From Tubiluchus corallicola (Eukaryota; Animalia; Priapulida): 10,685 bases of DNA. The notes under the pieces are model-generated. The model saw only the letters and a list, made by a program, of their open reading frames with translations. It was not told the DNA's origin and did no database searches. This document shows positions 7,201 through 10,685 of the stretch, in pieces (position 1 is the first letter of the stretch; each line of letters begins with the position of its first letter). The stretch lies in assembly GCA_030141605.1 (NCBI GenBank), contig JAQGDQ010002182.1, positions 1-10,685 of the forward strand. Direction: 5' to 3'. The translations under genes and the position numbers were made by a program.

Positions 7201-9664
7201 ATGGTTGTCGAACTCATCAGAAGTCTTAGCAGAAATACCAGTGGAACAACGCCTGCAAGAAATAGATTTAGAACATGAGCTGCCAACAACCAAAACTTTG
7301 GGTGTCATTTGGAGAGCAAGTTCAGATGTTTTTGCATTTCACATCAACATGCCACCACTCGAATTCAAGATGACAAAGAGAAATGTTCTGAGAAAACTAG
7401 CAACAATTTTTGACCCTGCAGGATTTATTTCTCCATTTGTAGTTCGTGGGAAGATATTACTGCAAGAAATTTGGACAGCAGGCTTTGGCTGGGATGACAC
7501 AATAAATGCTTGTTTGGAGACAAAAATTTGGCAATGGTTATTGGAGTTAGGAAAGCTGGAGCTGCTTACAATTCCACGTTGTCTGCGGATGGATCAGACT
7601 CAAATAGTTGTCTGTATGGACATCCATACTTTTGTTGATGCTTCACAACAAGCTTATGCTTGCGCTGTTTATGCTCGAACATCGTACATCAATGGCACTG
7701 TAGACACCAGGCTAGTAGCATCAAAAACACGAGTTGCTCCACTAAAAGTCGTCAGTGTACCAAGATTGGAGCTAATGGCAGCTGTGCTTGGCTTACAACT
7801 TAGCTTGTCAACCACAACAACACTGCAAATTTCTATTACCAAGGTGACGTTTTGGTCAGACAGCATGGATGTGTTATGGTGGATACATGGAAGAAGCAGA
7901 GCATTCAAGCCATTTGTAGCCAATAGGATTGGAAATATACAAAGTCACACGGATCCCGAACAATGGAGGCATGTGCCAACCAAAGAAAATCCTGCTGATT
8001 TAGTTTCACGTGGTGCAACTATAGACGAAATTGCAGAGAACTCAATTTGGTTAAAACGACCAGCATTTCTCAAAAAAGATCCTGCATCGTGGCCGGCAAT
8101 GATCGTTAGAAAGCAACAGTCAGCCACAGATGAGATGAAGAAAACTGTGGTTACGACATTTTGTACTCAAAAAATAAATTTGGAGAGACTGCAACCCGAA
8201 CGGTTTTCTTCATGGACACGACTTCTAAGAGTTTATGGATGGGTATTTCGTTTCTTAAACAATTGTGTAGCAGTGTACGAGAATCGAGAATGTGGAGAGC
8301 TTACTTGCAAAGAACTGAGCCAAGCTGAATCAACTGTCATCGGAAATATGCAGAAGACAGCATTTGCTGAAGAATACTCAAAGTTTGAAAGTGGAAAGCA
8401 GTTACCGCCATCAAGCAAACTATTGCGGCTAAACCCCAAAATTGATGAAGATGGTCTCCTGCGATGTCATGGACGTCTGGAACACGCCGAATTTCTATCG
8501 TATGACACACGGTACCCCATAATCTTACCACGGAAAAACTGGGTGACACATTTGATTGTGAAGCACCATCATGACAAAGGCAAACATGTTGCTGGAATTA
8601 ACCAGACATTGTGTTCCTTGTCAAGCAAATTCTGGGTTATGGCTGGTCGAGAAGAGATTCGCGACTGTGAAAAGTCTTGTCTTCAGTGCCGACTACGGAA
8701 GGCTAAAGCTGCAACACAAATTATGGCACCATTACCTCAACACCGCATTGCACCTTCAATGAGAGCCTTTACGAGAACGGCTGTAGACTTTGCTGGTCCA
8801 TTCTTCATAAAGCAAGGACGTGGAAAAGCTCGCTTGAAAAGATACTTATGCCTTTTCACTTGTACTGCTACAAGAGCTGTACATTTGGAAGTAGCTTACG
8901 GATTAGACACAGATTCATTCTTAAATGCTTTCCACAGGTTCACAAATCGTCGAGGGATGCCACAGCAAATGATCTCCGATAATGGAACTAATTTTGTTGG
9001 CTCAGATCGAGAGCTAAGAGAACTAGTAAATGAGTTTAACCAGGGAAAAATCACCAAACTAACAGGAGTGGAGTGGCTGTTTATTCCACCGATGGCACCT
9101 CACTTTGGTGGAGTCCACGAATCCATGATCAAGTCTGCAAAGAAAGCTATCACTGCAATTCTAGGCAATGCTGACATAACAGACGAGGAACTAACTACTG
9201 CCTTCACTGGAGCAGAGGCGCTCATTAACTCGAGGCCACTAACATACCAATCAGCTGACGTACAGGATACCATTCCTTTAACCCCAAATCATTTTCTGTT
9301 TGGTCAAATCGGCGGGCAGCTTGCCCTGGAAGCACTGGACTCAACTGCATACCATCCTAGGAAAAGATGGAGACGAGTGCAAGAGTTAGTCCATCATTTT
9401 TGGAGGAGATGGTTAAAAGAATGGTTGCCAGAACTAAGCCCAAGAAACAAATGGCGCCGTCAGCAACCCGAGGTTTCAGTTGGCGATGTGGTTTTATTTG
9501 TAGATCCAGCAACTACTAGAGGAAACTGGCCTCTTGGGCGAATCGTCAAAACCTATCCAGGGCAAGATGGTCATGTAAGAGTTGCAAAAATTCAAGTTGG
9601 CAATCAACAAATGACGAGACCAATTTCCAAAATCTGCATCCTGGCATCGTGTGGTGATGGTTGA
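4283..9664 (+). CDS. Gag-Pol polyprotein of a BEL/Pao retrotransposon (~1793 aa)
   Basis: Uninterrupted ORF. The ORF track starts at GTG 4277; the first ATG is 4283 with A at -3. Motifs: FSGDVKEYENWKAAF (Gag), three zinc knuckles, ALLDDGS (protease), CDIAEMYLRI / [10 protein letters not shown] / YMDD (RT), FVDASQQAY / PRLELMAA / FWSDS / NPADLVSRG (RNase H), HHCC, VDFAGP / SDNGTNF / GGVHE and WPLGRI (integrase). Confidence 0.97.
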   Translation: MPTTGQKGAVDTSSKDGEESKNSEASGGQSSERIGDRVKALKKEKMAAKQQFTKQINRFGVILWEQEDLQLIKQHWEQMDLIQVRTTDIIRELHEYYCTLDDVDMIEKMEQEMEKLNEIFEKASNDYQQKLKMINGNKKQPVQLHSSAVSQEPEEPSIGRDLWKQLKRVRIPMFSGDVKEYENWKAAFNACVNDAPATKEYKLLQLRQYLSGVALQAISDLGHSAMAYDAALQRLERKFGGKSRQIALQFQELRSFKPVRANNPDDLGKFADLLDIAIINIKEFGLENELNSQMFYSMLLEKLTEQMVKDYKCWILENKKEDSVMVLKEWIVREAECRTQAFEIVYGVGSTAQNEKPKWKNKTFFAKQGSINQSKQPHAMRKTPGRRCAFCTEDHPIWFCQKFKDLDMDGRWNAVTKLKLCFQCLGDDHQASRCYRMRSCGINSCTQNHNRLLHQKYSKSSSMPKAIVEQRMQEGETTSTGTQVQLTTMTVKGKNSSMIAMRTVPVILKNGTRRLQVNALLDDGSTSTFVNSSVAAELGLQGTIEEISVSVLNGNVTTFETMPVHMGLENVESTLDMMITAKAVDSVTGNLKAYDWNHHANQWFHLRNINFPKLSRPLKVDMLIGLDYPLLHKSLGEVAGRSNEEPIARLTPLGWTCVGQTKEKIRDAYTHFAMCVLNREETLNREINGTLRRFWEYENFGLEEKGQPISIEDALVKKKTLETLKYADGRYEVQIPWKDEGVKLPDNKEMAMKRLINTEKKLIKNPEIAKQYCDTIEQYLEKEYIRKVAPGELTTVPKWHLPHFAVVRHDRSTTKCRIVFDGSAKCDAVSLNDTVHQGPKLQQDLNSVLLRFRKEPIALVCDIAEMYLRIGIAEEDRPFHRFLWRNLDTTRQPDEYEFCRIVFGENASPFLAQLVTQEHARKNQEKFPMAAETVLHSTYMDDSMDSVPTVENGKTLYHELSELWALAGMYARKWLSNSSEVLAEIPVEQRLQEIDLEHELPTTKTLGVIWRASSDVFAFHINMPPLEFKMTKRNVLRKLATIFDPAGFISPFVVRGKILLQEIWTAGFGWDDTINACLETKIWQWLLELGKLELLTIPRCLRMDQTQIVVCMDIHTFVDASQQAYACAVYARTSYINGTVDTRLVASKTRVAPLKVVSVPRLELMAAVLGLQLSLSTTTTLQISITKVTFWSDSMDVLWWIHGRSRAFKPFVANRIGNIQSHTDPEQWRHVPTKENPADLVSRGATIDEIAENSIWLKRPAFLKKDPASWPAMIVRKQQSATDEMKKTVVTTFCTQKINLERLQPERFSSWTRLLRVYGWVFRFLNNCVAVYENRECGELTCKELSQAESTVIGNMQKTAFAEEYSKFESGKQLPPSSKLLRLNPKIDEDGLLRCHGRLEHAEFLSYDTRYPIILPRKNWVTHLIVKHHHDKGKHVAGINQTLCSLSSKFWVMAGREEIRDCEKSCLQCRLRKAKAATQIMAPLPQHRIAPSMRAFTRTAVDFAGPFFIKQGRGKARLKRYLCLFTCTATRAVHLEVAYGLDTDSFLNAFHRFTNRRGMPQQMISDNGTNFVGSDRELRELVNEFNQGKITKLTGVEWLFIPPMAPHFGGVHESMIKSAKKAITAILGNADITDEELTTAFTGAEALINSRPLTYQSADVQDTIPLTPNHFLFGQIGGQLALEALDSTAYHPRKRWRRVQELVHHFWRRWLKEWLPELSPRNKWRRQQPEVSVGDVVLFVDPATTRGNWPLGRIVKTYPGQDGHVRVAKIQVGNQQMTRPISKICILASCGDG
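5444..5644 (+). other. Gag nucleocapsid triple zinc-knuckle array
   Basis: CAFCTEDHPIWFC (5444-5482), CFQCLGDDHQASRC (5543-5584) and CGINSCTQNHNRLLH (5600-5644), the three-knuckle pattern characteristic of BEL/Pao Gag. Confidence 0.93.
5780..6260 (+). other. Aspartic protease domain (approximate bounds)
   Basis: ALLDDGSTSTFV with the catalytic Asp codon at 5846, followed by DMLIGLD and LTPLGW. Confidence 0.85.
6680..7320 (+). other. Reverse transcriptase domain (approximate bounds)
   Basis: HLPHFAV, KCRIVFDGSA, LLRFR, CDIAEMY, RFLWR, FG..ASPFLA, YMDD (7097-7108), RKWLSN, KTLGVIW. Confidence 0.95.
7620..8015 (+). other. RNase H domain (approximate bounds)
   Basis: HTFVDASQQAY, SKTRVAP, PRLELMAA, FWSDS, FVANR, WRHVPTKENPADLVSRG. 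Confidence 0.9.
8560..9640 (+). other. Integrase (HHCC zinc finger, DDE core, C-terminal domain; approximate bounds)
   Basis: HHHDKGKH...CLQC; D codon 8786, D codon 8978 and E codon 9119 (46 residues between the second D and E); NSRPL, LTPNHFL, FWRRW, WPLGRI. Confidence 0.93.
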
Positions 9665-9672
9665 CACATCAC

Positions 9673-9683
9673 GAGGGGGAGGA
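9673..9683 (+). promoter_or_regulatory. Polypurine tract (PPT)
   Basis: GAGGGGGAGGA lies immediately 5' of the TG that begins the 3' LTR and 8 nt after the stop codon. Confidence 0.93.
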
Positions 9684-9927
9684 TGGACAAAAGAAAATCA
9701 TTTTTAATTATTCTAAATCTAAATTTATGTTGTATATTTATCCTAATGTCATCATACTTTTTTAGTTTTGGATAGTGCTGCCACCTTCAGGTGCTCTTGT
9801 TAAAATTGTTGAACTTTCTCTTTCCTGTTTAAATTTTCATTGGCTTCTACAGTCTTTATGAATGCATAATTTCTAAACCTGTTTTCACACCTAAATGATT
9901 TCACTTGTAGTGACTTGGTTTTCTGCT
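9684..9927 (+). repeat. 3' LTR copy a, truncated (LTR nt 1-244)
   Basis: Identical by eye to 3915-4158. It stops at ...GGTTTTCTGCT and lacks the last 91 nt, including both AATAAA motifs. Confidence 0.95.
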
Positions 9928-10253
9928 AAGACTTCTGATGAGTTCGACAACCATTTTCTTGCATACATGCCAGCTAGCGCCCAGAGTTCTGACAGTTCAT
10001 GGTACAAAGTCTTTCCATCTTCAACCGTAGGAACAGAATCCATGCTGTCATCCATGTATGTTGAATGCAGCACAGTCTCTGCAGCCATTGGAAATTTCTC
10101 TTGATTCTTTCTTGCATGTTCCTGTGTAACAAGTTGAGCTAAAAACGGTGATGCATTTTCTCCAAAAACTATGCGACAAAACTCATATTCATCTGGTTGC
10201 CTAGTGGTGTCAAGATTTCTCCAGAGGAAACGATGAAAAGGTCTGTCTTCTTC
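9920..10253 (-). pseudogene. Inverted duplicate of the RT catalytic core (copy of 6902-7235)
   Basis: Reverse complement of 6902-7235, including YMDD. Three substitutions at 10019, 10128 and 10203. 8-nt microhomology TTTCTGCT (9920-9927) shared with the LTR. Confidence 0.95.
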
Positions 10254-10401
10254 TAGTAGTTGCTGGATCTACAAATAAAACCACATCGCCAACTGAAACC
10301 TCGGGTTGCTGACGGCGCCATTTGTTTCTTGGGCTTAGTTCTGGCAACCATTCTTTTAACCATCTCCTCCAAAAATGATGGACTAACTCTTGCACTCGTC
10401 T
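10252..10401 (-). pseudogene. Inverted duplicate of the integrase C-terminal region (copy of 9371-9520)
   Basis: Exact reverse complement of 9371-9520 (RRVQELVHHFWRRW...VDPATTR). It overlaps the preceding fragment by 2 nt (TC). Confidence 0.95.
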
Positions 10402-10416
10402 ATATTTGGAGAAAGA
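10402..10416 (+). other. 15-nt templated filler at the rearrangement junction
   Basis: ATATTTGGAGAAAGA is identical to 6616-6630 of the pol ORF, in direct orientation. Confidence 0.75.
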
Positions 10417-10417
10417 T

Positions 10418-10685
10418 ATCATACTTTTTTAGTTTTGGATAGTGCTGCCACCTTCAGGTGCTCTTGTTAAAATTGTTGAACTTTCTCTTTCCTGTTTAAA
10501 TTTTCATTGGCTTCTACAGTCTTTATGAATGCATAATTTCTAAACCTGTTTTCACACCTAAATGATTTCACTTGTAGTGACTTGGTTTTCTGCTTTTCAA
10601 CATGACACTACTTCACTGTTTATGTAGGCATTTCAGAATAAAATCTTAAAAATAAATCTCAAGTTTTTTTGGTTTCTTCAAACCA
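10418..10685 (+). repeat. 3' LTR copy b, 5'-truncated (LTR nt 68-335)
   Basis: Identical by eye to 3982-4249. It ends in ...AAACCA at the last base of the window. Confidence 0.95.
10637..10656 (+). terminator. Candidate polyadenylation signals of the LTR
   Basis: AATAAA at 10637-10642 and 10651-10656, followed by a T/GT-rich tract (GTTTTTTTGGTTT). Confidence 0.6.

Larger units (their letters stand above)
3915..10685 (+). mobile_element. BEL/Pao (Belpaoviridae-type) LTR retrotransposon, intact ORF, rearranged 3' end
   Basis: Order LTR-PBS-single gag/pol ORF-PPT-LTR. Domain order Gag (three Cys/His knuckles)-PR-RT-RNaseH-IN and motifs typical of BEL/Pao. The TSD cannot be checked because the window stops at the last LTR base; the left flank 3910-3914 is GTAGG. 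Confidence 0.97.

Noticed and set aside
4210-8762. Short antisense and alternative-frame ORFs inside gag-pol
   Set aside because: These are 60-112 aa shadow ORFs of the long coding frame with no recognisable motifs.
9665-9683. env-like third ORF
   Set aside because: Only 19 nt lie between the pol stop and the 3' LTR.
9891-10442. Small ORFs 9891-10088(-), 9895-10104(+), 10210-10422(-) and 10260-10442(+) as independent genes
   Set aside because: They are the inverted pol fragments, or their antisense frames, running into LTR or filler sequence.

Overview
AT-rich eukaryotic, probably metazoan, genomic DNA. The right 6.8 kb (3915-10685) is a young BEL/Pao LTR retrotransposon. It has a 335-bp 5' LTR (TGG...CCA), an initiator-Met tRNA primer-binding site, one intact ~1793-aa Gag-PR-RT-RNaseH-IN ORF and a polypurine tract. 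Its 3' end is rearranged. The 3' LTR breaks off after 244 bp, before its AATAAA signals. It is followed by an antisense copy of the RT catalytic core (334 bp, 3 substitutions versus the local ORF), an antisense copy of the integrase C-terminal region (150 bp, identical), a 15-nt filler templated from pol, and a second partial LTR that restores the poly(A) signals. A read-through transcript would carry long antisense copies of its own pol, making this a candidate self-silencing, dsRNA-producing copy; an amplification or assembly chimera is the main alternative. The left 3.9 kb holds a ~1.27-kb head-to-head fold-back TG/CA-rich minisatellite and two hand-predicted, low-confidence groups of minus-strand exons (one LRR-like, one ending in a PIP-box-like motif).
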